Positions 37,836 through 50,546 of a DNA stretch of 64,000 nucleotides are shown here, in pieces. Made by a program: the position numbers and the translations under genes. Within the stretch, counting starts at the first letter, position 1; each line of letters begins with the position of its first letter. The notes under the pieces are model-generated. The model saw only the letters and a program-made list of their open reading frames with translations. It did no database searches and had not been told where the DNA came from. This stretch comes from Chiloscyllium plagiosum (lineage: Eukaryota). The stretch covers positions 7,305,117-7,369,116 of the forward strand of contig NC_057720.1 in the NCBI RefSeq assembly GCF_004010195.1, given 5' to 3'.

Positions 37836-38698
37836 TTTGGAGAGTCATACAGCACGGTAACAGACCGTTCAGTCCAACCATACCAACCATAATCTCAAAC
37901 AAAACTAGTCCCACCTGCCTAGTGCTGACCCATATCCCTCCAAACCTCTTTCATTCATATACTTTACATTTTAATATTAATATTGTAATTGTACCTGCAT
38001 CCACCACTTCCTCCAGAAGTTCATTCCACACACAAACCATTCTCTGTGTCGAACAATTGCTCCTACATCTTTTCTAAATCTTTCTCCTCTCACCTTAATA
38101 AGTGCCCCCTACTCTTGAAACCTCACACCGTACGGAACAGACACCTGCCATTCACCTTATCTATATCCCTGGTTAAAAATGCACTGCCTGGAATTGTGAA
38201 ACAGGGGCATTAGATAAAAAATAACGTGCTTGGATATGGGGAGAAAACAAGAGACTGGGACAATGTAATGATGCTCATTTAATCAGCTGGTATGATGGGC
38301 CAAATGGTCTCTTTCTACAGTATAACACTTCCTGATTCTGGATTGATTACAGCATGACCATCTCAGCGACACAGTGCAAGATAACTGACTGGCTCATTTG
38401 TCTGCGATCATGAAAAGTGCATTTCTCCAGACATTGACCAACTCTCCCTCAGTGAAAGCCAGGGACACTCTACTGACCACATGAAGTACCAGGCAGAGCC
38501 TGCTGTTCAGCTGCTCATCTGATATGACAACACAAGCCCCATCAGTGCAACGCTGATCATGAACTGTAATCTAAGCAACTGGAACTGCACGGACAACAGT
38601 TTTGGAGAGGTTGAGAGAGAGAGTCTTGTATGATAACCTCAGCATGTGTACCAATTGAACTGCACTGGCCTCTCTTTGTATTTCAATCCAGCCGTCCA

Positions 38699-39452
38699 TG
38701 ATTTGGATGCGAGCATAAAAGGTACAGTTAGTAAGTTTGCAGATGACACCAAAATTGGAGGTGTAGTGGACAGTGAAGAGGGTTACCTCAGATTACAACA
38801 AGATCTTGATCAGATGGGCCAATGGGCTGAGGAGTGGCAGATGGAATTTAATTGAGATAAATGCAAGATGCTGCATTTTGGGAAAGCAAATCTTAGCATG
38901 ACTTAGACACTTAATGGTCAGGTCCTAGGGAGTGTTGCTGAACAAATAGATTTTGGTGTGCAGATTCATAGCTCCTTGAAAGCGGAGTCGCAGGTAGATA
39001 GGATAGTGAAGAAGGCATTGGTATGCTTTCCTTTATTGGTCAGAGTATTGAGTACAGGAGTTGGGAGGTCATGTTATGGCTGCACAGGATGTTGGTGAGG
39101 CCACTTTTGGAATATTGCATGCAATTCTGGTCTCCCTCCTATCGGAAAGATGTTGTGAAACTTGGAAGGGTTCAGAAAAGACTTAGGGTGAGAGGGGAAA
39201 GATATAAAGGGGATCTAAGGGGTAACATTTTCACGCAGAGGGTGGTACGTGTATGGAATGAGCTGCTAGAAGAAGTGGTGGAGGCTGGTACAATTGCAAC
39301 ATTTAAGAGGCATTTGGATGGGTATATGAATAGGAAGGGTTTGGAGGGATATGGGCCGGGTGCTGGCAGGTGGGACAAGATTGGGTTGGGATATCTGATC
39401 GGCATGGACGGGTTGGACCGGAGGATCTGTTTCTGTGCTGTATATCTCTATG
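38699..39452 (+). mobile_element. CR1 LINE, RT C-terminal half with internal deletion
   Basis: DLDASIKGTVSKFADDTKIGGVVDSEEGYLRLQQDLDQMGQWAEEWQMEFN (FADD catalytic motif) followed by the ORF2 C-terminus. Confidence 0.95.
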
Positions 39453-40549
39453 TCATTGGAGAAAAGAATAAAATATATCACAAGATACCGCCAACGTCCC
39501 CGCACACCTCAAAGAAGAAAAACATTCCCTCTATCAGCTCCCCTCCAGAAACAATTGTCCAGTTCATGCAGCAATAGAATATCCCACATGGGGTTAGTTG
39601 CGTCAATTCATCACAGCAGAAGCGAGCCTTTCTGCTGCATGAAGGCTTGCAGGGAGCTTATTTAATTTCTTCTGCAGCATGAGCAGTGTTCCTCACCCAA
39701 TACCTGTACATTTTCGGAGCGCTATTCAGCCTTTGTTACGGTTGGCCCTCAGTTGCCATTTAATTCCCCCAGGGTCGTCATGCTTGATGGCTCCGATGCA
39801 CATGCAGAATGCTTTATTTATATTATGGCAAAGAGAACGGAGCTGTAAACTGCACTGTACAATAGGCCACTTGCATACGCCACTGCTTCTTGGTAGAACG
39901 CAGATGACCCCCCCCCCACTTCAGCACCAACCCATACCGTTTTGAAATGAACAGAGCCTTAAAGGGACAGTCCGATAGCCAGCTCCTCAAAATATCTTGT
40001 GCACTGCACTGCCCAAGAGAGAGACCAAACTCAGATTTGATGGAAACCAGATAGGATTGACTCAGAATTTTGCTGACTGCAATGTGCTGTACTTTAACAA
40101 TTAAAATACGCTGCCAGGACATTTTTAGAAAGATATGAAGGAACATACTTTGACAGGGAGGCAGGTAAGCAGATTAACAGCAACTTCACCTTCATTGCTG
40201 CTTGTCAGCTTGCAGCTTCATGCATTGTGATGAATAAGAAATGATTCCAAAGGCCAAGATGATACCCTCTGTAACATAGCAACAGGGTGCACGGCATAAG
40301 TTCACAGCAAGCTCCTAGCTGCTTTCTTTTGCGTTAAGTACAAGTTGTAGGCACAGGAATAGGGCCCATGGTCTCTTGAGTCTGCTCTGCCATTCAATAT
40401 GCACTGTCCCCATCTCATTGAATCCCCTTGGTTCCCAAGGACGTACGAACCGCAGTCTTGAATATACACATCAACTGAGCAGACACAGCCCTCTGGAGTA
40501 ATGGTTCGTAAGCTCACAGGTAACGCTAAAATTGGACATGTGGTAAATA

Positions 40550-40769
40550 CAGTCATTCCTTTGACGGTGCAACAGTCACTTTCCTGTGCAACCCCGCGCT
40601 GTACGAGAATCACGCAATGCAAATAACACTTAAAAGTGTCAGCCATGCGATCGCGTTACAGTCAGCACACATTTTAGAAGGTCACGCTTTAGAAACAGCG
40701 CTCCCTATTCGTCAATTGCGTTACAGCCAATTCGCATTGATGAAGTGCACAGTATAGCAGGACAACCTG
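40550..40769. mobile_element. Tc1/mariner (Tigger-like) MITE
   Basis: TA|cagtcattc...tatagcaggacaacctg ends; similar to 42709-42926. Confidence 0.6.
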
Positions 40770-41417
40770 TCGTGAGGTGGAAAGTATTGGACTACCCAGA
40801 TGATGTTGACGGGCTGGTCAGACATGCTGAACAGGGGCAAATGGAACTTAATCTGGAAAAATGTGAAGTGGTGCACTTTGGGAAGACAAACATGGCTGGG
40901 GAGTACACACCAAATGGGAAGGGCCCAAGGAGGTGCAGAACATCTGGGATAAACGAAGTATGCATGTTCACAGATTCTTGCACCAGGAGGACAGAGAGAT
41001 ACAAATAGATTAAGAAGGCAGAGGAGAGCTGTTTTCTTTTCTGCGCATCGAATACAAGAGCAAGCACATTATGATGGAAACTAAGTAATGTTAGCTGGGC
41101 TACAGTGAGAGTGGTGTGTCTTGTTCTGGTCACCACACAATAGGAAGAATTTGAATGTACGGGAGATGATACAGAACACATTCACCAGGATGTTGCCTGA
41201 GATGGAACGATTCAGCTATGAAGAGAGACTGGATATGCTGGGGTTGTTTCCCGTGGGCTGAGGATGCTGGTAATGGGGTGGAATCTGATTGAAGTTATAA
41301 AGTTCTGAGAGGCATAGACAGGGTGAATAAGAGAGAAAGCCTTCCTTTTAGTATTGGAATTAATTACAGAGGCAAAGCCATCTGCACAGCAGATCAAAAA
41401 CAACCTCTGTTCCTTTT

Positions 41418-41605
41418 TGATGTAGAAGTGCCAGTGTTGTACTGGGGTGGACAAAGTTAAAAATCACGCAACACCAGGTTACAGTCCAACAGGTTTATTT
41501 GGAAGCACTAGCTTTCAGAATGCACAAACGCTGTGTGCTTTGAAAGCTAGTGCCTCCAAATAAACCTATTTGACTGCAACCTGGTGTTGCATGATTTTTA
41601 ACTCA
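41418..41605. mobile_element. Fold-back PLE mini-element, family B
   Basis: Inverted arms of about 60 bp with apex in hammerhead stem II; TSD gttcctttt at 41409-41417 and 41606-41614. Confidence 0.85.
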
Positions 41606-42708
41606 GTTCCTTTTGTGAGCTTAATGTCATTCAATGTTGTGTATTTTATAACTCAGAGCTATGCAGTTAGAATAGACCAGTTTCTACTTGCGCAGAAACT
41701 TTGTCTGCAAGAATTTCATTTTAAATATCTGTCCCAGGTTTCCCAGGTCTTTGCTTCTAGCAACTTCTTCAGTATGCTTCCTTTTCGCTGAGTCCACACC
41801 TCTGCATAGCTGATCATACACACTGAACACTGATATCAAACAGATTCACATAATCAAACACAGAACACTACAAACAGCACTGCACAAAACCCAAGGAAGG
41901 TCTGCAATCAAATGTTTTTCTTCCTCTGAAGAATTCAGCCCTGCATTGCCCTCATACTGTCTTCTTTATGGATATAATCAGCTCGACACAGTTATATACA
42001 AGTAGAAGAAAGCATTTATAACACCCTAAACATCAGCATGACAATTTACAAGCACTGCCGACAATTACTTCTCACTCAGTAACCATAATTACTTTGAATT
42101 ATCGTGCATGCTTGCAAAAATAGCAATGGTCTATTCAGATGTACATCACAAAGCCTTCCGACAGGCTTGCTCATGTTAATTTCTGATCTCCTTTTCACTC
42201 TGTCCTGGACAAACTTGTATAACAGGCCAATAGGACAAAGGTCTGCTCCTCTGCTTTCTCAATCAATCTGATCGGGGTGCCTTAAGCATGCAAACTCATA
42301 AGCTGCGCATGACACACTGTTGCATCTTACCAATCCCTCCCCCTCTCTCCACTCTTTGACTATCCAGAGATGAGTGCCATTCATGCTCGTGAAGCATTGT
42401 AAAATCAATTCTAACCTGTGCTTCCCAAATCCACAACTCGCTGCTCTGCATCTCCTTCCTAAGAGCCTCCACACCGCCAATGTACCCTTTCACACTTCCG
42501 TCATGGTGTCCCTGAGACAGTACGATCAGCAAATGTCAAAATAGAGGCAAGATGCATCACTTGCTGTAATTGTACAGAGATTTGGTGAGACCATACCCAA
42601 AGTATTGTGTGCAGGTTCAGTCTCCTCACCTAAGAAAGGACGCTCTGACTATGGAGGGAGTGAATTGAAGTTTATCAAACCAATTCCTGGAATGGCAGGC
42701 CTGATGTA

Positions 42709-42926
42709 CCTATCATTCTGCTATAACATGTGTTTTGTTAACACAAATTCACTGTAACACGATTGATTAATCGTGTCACTATTTCTAAAGCATGAAGCTT
42801 TAATGCGTGTCTCGGTTAAAATGCGATTCCGGACGCATTAGTTTAAATGGTGCCGCTATTACACGATTTCCTTATAACACGGGATTGCACAAGAACGGAA
42901 CTACTGCGTTATAGCAGAACTGACTG
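42709..42926. mobile_element. Tc1/mariner (Tigger-like) MITE inside a CR1
   Basis: TIR core ttctgctataac (42716-42727) / gttatagcagaa (42908-42919); TA at left flank. Confidence 0.7.
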
Positions 42927-43277
42927 TGCGGACAGAGACTAGATCAGTTAGGATTACGGTCACTGTCGTTTAGTAAAATGAGGAGGGATTCTCATAGAAA
43001 CCTATAAAATTCTAACCGGACCAGACAGGGCAAATACAGGAAGGATGCTCCCAATGACCAGGGAGTTCAAACCAGGGGGTCACTGTCTAAGGATACAGGG
43101 TAGGCCATTTAGGAATTCTCTGCCACAGAAAGTGATTAAAACATTGAATGTTTTCAACGAGTTAGACTAAGTTCTTCCGGCTAAAGGGAATGGGGCGAAA
43201 GTGGGAACGGTATACTGAAATAGATGATCACTATGATCGTACTGAAATGAACATTGGGCTGGAAGGGCTGAATGGCC

Positions 43278-45692
43278 GAGACAATAGACAATAGACAATA
43301 GGTGCAGGAGTAGGCCATTCTGCCCTTTGAGCCTGCGCCATCAATATCCTGTTCCTGCCTTATCTCCATAACCCTTGATTCAACTATCCTTGAGAGCTCT
43401 ATTCAACGCTTTCTTAAATGAATCCAGAGACTGCCTGGATTCAGAGACTCTGGGGCAGAGCATTCCACACAGCCACCACTCTCTGGGTGAAGAAGTTTCT
43501 CCTCATCTCTGTCCTAAATGGTCTACCCCGTATTTTTAAGCTGTGTCCTCTGGTTCGGCACTCACCCATCAGGAGAAACATGTTTCCTGCCTCCAGAATG
43601 TCCAATCCTTTAATAATCTTATACATCTCAATCAGATCCCCNNNNNNNNNNNNNNNNNNNNNNNNNNNNNNNNNNNNNNNNNNNNNNNNNNNNNNNNNNN
43701 NNNNNNNNNNNNNNNNNNNNNNNNNNNNNNNNNNNNNNNNNNNNNNNNNNNNNNNNNNNNNNNNNNNNNNNNNNNNNNNNNNNNNNNNNNNNNNNNNNNN
43801 NNNNNNNNNNNNNNNNNNNNNNNNNNNNNNNNNNNNNNNNNNNNNNNNNNNNNNNNNNNNNNNNNNNNNNNNNNNNNNNNNNNNNNNNNNNNNNNNNNNN
43901 NNNNNNNNNNNNNNNNNNNNNNNNNNNNNNNNNNNNNNNNNNNNNNNNNNNNNNNNNNNNNNNNNNNNNNNNNNNNNNNNNNNNNNNNNNNNNNNNNNNN
44001 NNNNNNNNNNNNNNNNNNNNNNNNNNNNNNNNNNNNNNNNNNNNNNNNNNNNNNNNNNNNNNNNNNNNNNNNNNNNNNNNNNNNNNNNNNNNNNNNNNNN
44101 NNNNNNNNNNNNNNNNNNNNNNNNNNNNNNNNNNNNNNNNNNNNNNNNNNNNNNNNNNNNNNNNNNNNNNNNNNNNNNNNNNNNNNNNNNNNNNNNNNNN
44201 NNNNNNNNNNNNNNNNNNNNNNNNNNNNNNNNNNNNNNNNNNNNNNNNNNNNNNNNNNNNNNNNNNNNNNNNNNNNNNNNNNNNNNNNNNNNNNNNNNNN
44301 NNNNNNNNNNNNNNNNNNNNNNNNNNNNNNNNNNNNNNNNNNNNNNNNNNNNNNNNNNNNNNNNNNNNNNNNNNNNNNNNNNNNNNNNNNNNNNNNNNNN
44401 NNNNNNNNNNNNNNNNNNNNNNNNNNNNNNNNNNNNNNNNNNNNNNNNNNNNNNNNNNNNNNNNNNNNNNNNNNNNNNNNNNNNNNNNNNNNNNNNNNNN
44501 NNNNNNNNNNNNNNNNNNNNTCAGGCCCCGGGGATTTATCAGCCTTCAGACCTAACAGTCTCTCCAACACTAATTCCTGGCAAATATAAATTCCCTTCAG
44601 TTCAGGTCCTTCAGCCACTGTTACCTCTGGGAGATTACTTGTGTCTTCCCCAGTGAACACAGATCTGAAGTACCAATTCAATTCTTCTGCCATTTCTTTG
44701 TTCCCCGTAATATATTCCCCTGTTTCTGTCTTCAAGGGCCCAATTTTAGTCTGAATCATTTTTTTGCCTTTCACATACCTAAAAAAGCTTTTACCATCCT
44801 CCTTTATATTTTTGGCTAGTTTACCTTCGTATCTCATTTTTTTCTCTGCGTATTTCCTTCTTAGTAATCCTCTGTTGTTCTTTCAAAGCTTCCCAGTCCT
44901 CCATCTTCCCACTTATCTTTGCTATGTTATAATTTTTCTTTTTTAACTTTATATGTTTCTTAACTTCCCTCGTCAGCCATGGCCACCCCTGCCTCCTCAT
45001 AGGATCTTTCTTCCTTTTTGGAATGAACTGATCCTGCATCTTCTGCATTATATTAAGAAATATCCGCCATTGTTTCTCCACTGTTATCCCTGCTAAAGTA
45101 TTGCACCATTGAACTTTGGCCAGCTCCTCCCTCATAGCTCCATAGTTCCCTTTATTCAACAGAAATATTGTCACTTCCGATTGTACCCTCTCCCTCTCAA
45201 ATTGCAGATTGAAGCTTATTGTATTATGGTCACTACTTCCCAATGGCTCCTTCACTTTGAGGTCCCTGATCAATTCTGATTCGTTGCATGATACCTAATC
45301 CAGAATTGCCTTCTCCATGGTAGGCTCCAGCACCAGCTGTTTTAAGAATCCATCTCGGAGGCAATTCACAAAGTCTCTTTCTTGAGGTCCACTACCATCC
45401 GGATTCTCCCAGTTTACCTGCATGTCAAAATACCCCATAACAACTGTAGTAACATCTTTGCGACAGGCCAATTTCAGCTCCTGATTCAACTTACATCCGA
45501 CATCCAGACTACTGTTTGGGGGCCTGTAGATAACTCCCAAGAGGGTCTTTTTACCCTTAGAATTTCTCAGCTGTATCCATACTGACTCTACATCCCCTGA
45601 TTCTAGGTCCCCCGCGCAAAGGACTGAATATCATCCCTTACCAACATGGCCACCCCACCCCCTCTGCCCATCAGTCTGTCCTTACGATAGCA
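43278..45692 (-). mobile_element. 5'-truncated CR1 LINE with APE endonuclease region; RT hidden in gap; inactivated
   Basis: GGGVAMLV, GVIYRPPN, EPTMEKAILD, EPLGSSDHN, KADKSPGP motifs and C-terminal FFTQRVVAVWNALP; stop and frameshift present; (ctattgt)n tail; inserted in the tail of another CR1. Confidence 0.95.
43642..44520. other. Assembly gap (N)
   Basis: Run of N. Confidence 1.
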
Positions 45693-48600
45693 CTCCAAAA
45701 GCCTACTCCTATTTGGTTTCCAAGAGGCAGGTGCACAACTGTCTTTGTCCAGAAAAGTTCTGGAATGAAAACCTGCTCAAGATATCTCCAGGGACTGTCC
45801 CTCCTCATGGGCACAAACACCTTGTAGACAAGGTGCAAATTAATGGTTCCCTATTTAGAGAATCCCTAAAGAGGCCACTCACTCCATTGACTCTGCAGTG
45901 ACCCTCCAAAGTGTATCCCATCCCATCTCCGTAACCCCACATGGGGATCTGACCATGGCTGACCTACCTAACCAGCACACCAAGGGACAATTGAGCACGG
46001 CCAATCCACCCAGCCTGCACATCTTTGGACTGTCGGGAGGAAACAGAGCAGGCACAGGGAGAACGTGCAAAACTCCACACAGACAGCCGGTCAGGGCTGG
46101 TATCAAACCTGGATCCCTAGCATTGTGAAGCAACATGCTAACCACTAAGCCACCAATTTGTCTATTATAAAGTGGTTTCTTCAATTCCTACAAAATAAAA
46201 TAAGCATTTGCTTTTTACTTTGATCTGTCTGATGACTTTATCAAAAAGGAGAACCAACGTGTGCCTATATAAAGTAGACTTTCAGCCAGATACATCATAC
46301 ACTACAGCTCAATGGTCAATGAGATGGAACCACCTCATCTTGTCTTCTGTTGGTCATTTCCCTTTTATTTGCCAAGAGGACAATGGCCTGATTGGTACCA
46401 ATGCTGGTAATCTTGTGCTCTGCCCTTCCTGGGTGCATTTGCATTTCTGAGCCTGGGCATCAGCTACCCGCCCACCAATGAGGCCTGCGGCCAGTGGCAT
46501 GGTGTGAGACCAACGATTAACCAAATCAAAGTTACCCATTTCATGGAGTTGATGGAGTGTAGGGCGCCACCACTGGCACCTTCTGAAAACATGAACCTAC
46601 AGTCAAACATATTACACTCGACAGAATCCTGACAGCTTAGAATCATGCCATTCAGCCCATAGCGACCCTCAAAAGAGCACCCGACTCTCGCCCTGTAACC
46701 CTGCATTTCCCATGGTTAACCCACCGAGCTGTAAATCCTTGGACACTATTGGACTACTTAGCATGATCAGTCCACCTAACCCACACATCTTTGAATTGTG
46801 GGAAAAAAACGAAGACACTTGGTAGAAACCCCCATAGACACTGGAAGAACCTGCAAACTCCACACAGAGAGTCGCCCGATGCTGGAATCGAACCCAGATT
46901 CCTGCCGCTGTGAGACAGCAGTGCTAGCTAGTCAACAACCATGCCACCAAAGCAGGAGGCCATTCAGCCCTCTTGGGCCTGTTCCACCATCCACAAAGGA
47001 GCATGGCACTGACTGTCACCTCAAATTCCATTCCTGACTATGCGCACTGACGTTTCACCTTATTCCTTTCCACTAGTCTGCCCTTGGAAATATTCACAGA
47101 CTCTGCTTCTGCATCCAATTGAGGAAGAGGGTTGCGAGGATTCGCTGGGCCCCAAGAGACGGCGGGTGGAGCTTCCCATCACCAGGGAGGCTGGTGAACT
47201 GCAGCTGCCTCAAGCTGCTGGCTGATCGGGGAACTGTCCCACAGCCATTGTCCGCAACAGGTGGCGCTGGAATCTGTGCAAGCCTATCTCACCATTCACG
47301 GCCATCAATCCCTGGGTGCACCTCCAACCTAGACTTGGTTCAGAGGTGCCTCGGGACCTCCCTATCTATCCCCGCTAACGACTCAATGGAGCTCGGGGTG
47401 ACAGAAATCCGGGTGATATTTGCTTCTGCGATCCTGACTTTCTGGTATGACGAGCAATTCATAACCATTCCCAGAATTAAACATTTTACAGCTGTCAGGG
47501 CTCTGAACTCCCTGTTCTCTCACCTTACAATTCTCGGAGGGGCTCAGGATAATTCTCTGCCTCCCTTGCCCGACACTTGTAAGCATTGCTATGCAGCACA
47601 TTTCAAAAGGAGAACATGTAGATTGCTGTCTGTGAACTGGCATAAGTGAAATACAAATCACCTTCCATGAGGCTCACTTACTCCCCTGGTTCCAGTGTTC
47701 ACAGAGAGAGAGAGTGTTTTCAAATGTAATTATATCCAATTAGAGTCCGAACGTGACAAGTTAATCTGCACACAAAATTCGGAAATGGATTTTTAAGCTC
47801 AAAATTAAAACAGAGGTGAGGGCTTTATAGAGTTCAGAGTTAATGAATGAAGGAAATTGCTAATGAATTACTCACACGGGCTTACACTTTTACTGAAAGT
47901 GGTGCAGGATGTTTCATCAAAATGGAAAATAGAACCTCCAGTGTTAATGGATTGTATAGGTCCCAGGATGTCACCTGAGATTAAAACTCTACTCCCATTT
48001 TATTCAGTTTACTTTACATAGCTTATGAAGTTCACTTTCAAATGAAAAATTGGGGACAGTTGGATATGGAGATGAGATTTGAAGTCATTATGGTGCAGGA
48101 AGAGATCATTTGAACCATGCACACACTGTGTAGAAACCCTCTCTTTTTTTTATTAATTCACGGGATGTGGATGCCACTGGCTAGGTGAGCACTTATTACC
48201 CATCCCTAACTGCCCAGAGGACAATTAAGTGTCCATCACATTGCTGGGGGTCTGGAGTCACGTGCCAGACCAGGTAAAGATGGCAGGTTTCTATCCCTGA
48301 AGGACATGAGTGAACCAGATCGGTTTATCCACCAAAATCAATTCACATTAGATTCTTTATTCCAGGTTTTTATTGAATTCAAATTTCATCATCTGCCGTA
48401 GCAAGATTTGAAGCCAAGATGCCCAGAACTTACCTGGGGATTAACAGGCAAGTGACAACACCACCTGGTCATCGGCTTCCCCTCTACAATCAATCTTACT
48501 CCCTAAGACTTGATCTCTTCCCCAGCCTTATGTTTTCATTAAACACCTATCCAGTTTCCTTCTAAAGTCATTCATTCTCGCTGCTCCTACCAGCCCTGTA

Positions 48601-48764
48601 GTCAGTGAGTTCCAGGTAGCCACCACTTGCTGTGTAAATTATTCCTTCCTCATATTCACCCTGTATCTCCTACCCAAAATCTTACCTCTCTTCACTCTCT
48701 CTCCTTAAACCATCATTTCCTTGTGTATGTTATGCGAATCTGTCAAAACCGTATAAACCAGGGA

Positions 48765-49627
48765 GACTGAGGGGTGACCTTATAGAGGTTTATAAAATCA
48801 TGAGGTGCATGGGTAGGGTGAATACTCAAGGTCTTTTCCACAGGGTGGGGGAATCCAAAATTAGAGGGTGTAGTTTTAAGGTGAGAGGGCAAAGATTTAA
48901 AAGGGACCTAAGGGACAACGTTTTCAAACAGAGGGTGGTGTGTGTATGGAATGAGCTGCCAGAGGAAGTGATGGAGGCTGGTACAACTACAACATTGAAA
49001 AGATATGATGTGGAGGAGCCGGTGTTGAACTGGGGCGGACAAAGTTAAAAATCACATAACACCAGGTTATAGTCCAACTGAAGATTCCTGAAGAAGGGCT
49101 AATGCCCGAAACGTCGATTCTCCTGTTCCCTAGATGCTGCCTGACCTGCTGCGCTTTTCCAGCAACACATTTCCATCTATAGTCCAACTGGTTCATTTGG
49201 AAGCACTTGCTTGTTAATCCCCAGGTAACATTCTTGGCATCTGGGTTCAAATCCTGCTACGGCAGATGGCAAAATTTGAATTCAATAAAAATCTGGAATT
49301 AAAAATCTAATGTGAATTGACTGTTGGTGGATAAACCCATGTAGTTCACTAATGTGCTTCAGGGATAGAAACCTGTCATCTTTACCTGGTCTGAAGGAAC
49401 GGCGCTCTGAAAGCTAGTGCTTCTAAATAAACCTGTTGGACTATAACCTAGTGTTGTTGACACTAATTTTTGACATTTAAAAGGCATCTGGATGGTACAT
49501 GAATAGAATGAGTTTAGAGGGATACAGCCAAATGCTAACAAATGGGACTGGGTTAATTTAGGATATCTGGTCAGCATGGATGAGTTGGACTGAATGGTCA
49601 GTTTCCATGCCGTACAGCTCTATGACG
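48765..49627 (+). mobile_element. CR1 3' fragment with nested PLE-B (49005-49472) and PLE-A (49081-49177)
   Basis: ORF 48800-49048 is the CR1 C-terminus, broken at TTLKR and resuming at 49473; PLE-A has 13-bp TSD tatagtccaactg at 49068-49080 and 49178-49190. Confidence 0.9.
49083..49120 (+). ncRNA. Minimal type I hammerhead ribozyme motif (PLE family A)
   Basis: gattc-CTGAAGA-a-gggc(taat)gccc-GAAA-cg-TC-gattc: conserved core, stem II, palindromic ACGT stem III, GUC triplet, imperfect stem I. Confidence 0.7.
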
Positions 49628-50546
49628 CTAAATCTCCTGCAAATCCTCTCTGCTGCAAACAAGGAGAAACCTCCTAGCTTTCCAATCTATTTTTATTTGG
49701 GAAGTCGCTCTCCCCGAGAATCGTTGCAGTAAATCTCTGCAATTTCTCTCGAGACAGGTTTGCCCAAAACTGACTGCCTCGCTTTCATTATGGGTTAACA
49801 GAACTTCACAGCAGCTCAGAACAACGTCACTGCTTTTGTGCTCAATTCCTCTGTTTTCAAAACCCAGGATACCGTATGTTTTGTTAATCTCACTCTCAAC
49901 ATGTCTTGCCACTTTCAAAGATTGATGCGCAAGCAACCTCAAGTCCCTCTGTTCCTGTACACTCCTTAGAACTGTGCCATTAAGTCTGTGATGCCTCTCC
50001 CTATGCTTTCTACCAAGATAAGAGATGAAACCTGACAGATCTAAACTGGAACAGTGGATCATGGTAGTTAATCACACCAGGCTAGAGGGAAGGAAGAAGG
50101 AACCAGCATAAATACGTCTGTAACGTTACTGTGGGGTGAGTGGTGGGGAGAAAGGTGAGAGCCTCCATCCATCGAGTTTGATGAACTGGACTGGGGAGGA
50201 GGACAAAAACAAATTCTTGAAAGGGAGAGGGACTGGAGAATGAAAATAGTTTTGCGTAGGAAACTAAATATAAAGCTAAGGATTATGTGAACCCAACCAA
50301 GTTGCTGTGGGTCTGGAATCACATGTAGGCCAGACCAGGTAAGGATGGCAGTTTCCTTCCCTAAAAGGACATCAGTGAACCAGATGCTTTTTTTCCTGAC
50401 AACTGACAATGGATTCATGGTCATCATTAGTCTCTTAATTCCAGATTTTTATTGAATTCAAATTCCAACATTTGCTGTGGTGTGATTCAAAACCAGGTTC
50501 CTGGGTCATTACCCAGGTCTCTGGATTAGCAGCCCAGCAATAATAC

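Noticed and set aside
41455..41602. pre-miRNA hairpins (also 5238, 3398, 30443)
   Set aside because: Explained by inverted PLE arms; no small-RNA evidence is available from sequence alone
43418..44837. Long 348-412 aa ORFs (likewise the ORFs at 13058-13785)
   Set aside because: Length comes from N gaps; the real parts are retroelement sequence
43278..45692. Active autonomous LINE
   Set aside because: 5'-truncated, with a stop near 45295 and a frameshift near 44830
47119..47649. 176-aa ORF as a gene
   Set aside because: Non-ATG start and no recognisable domain
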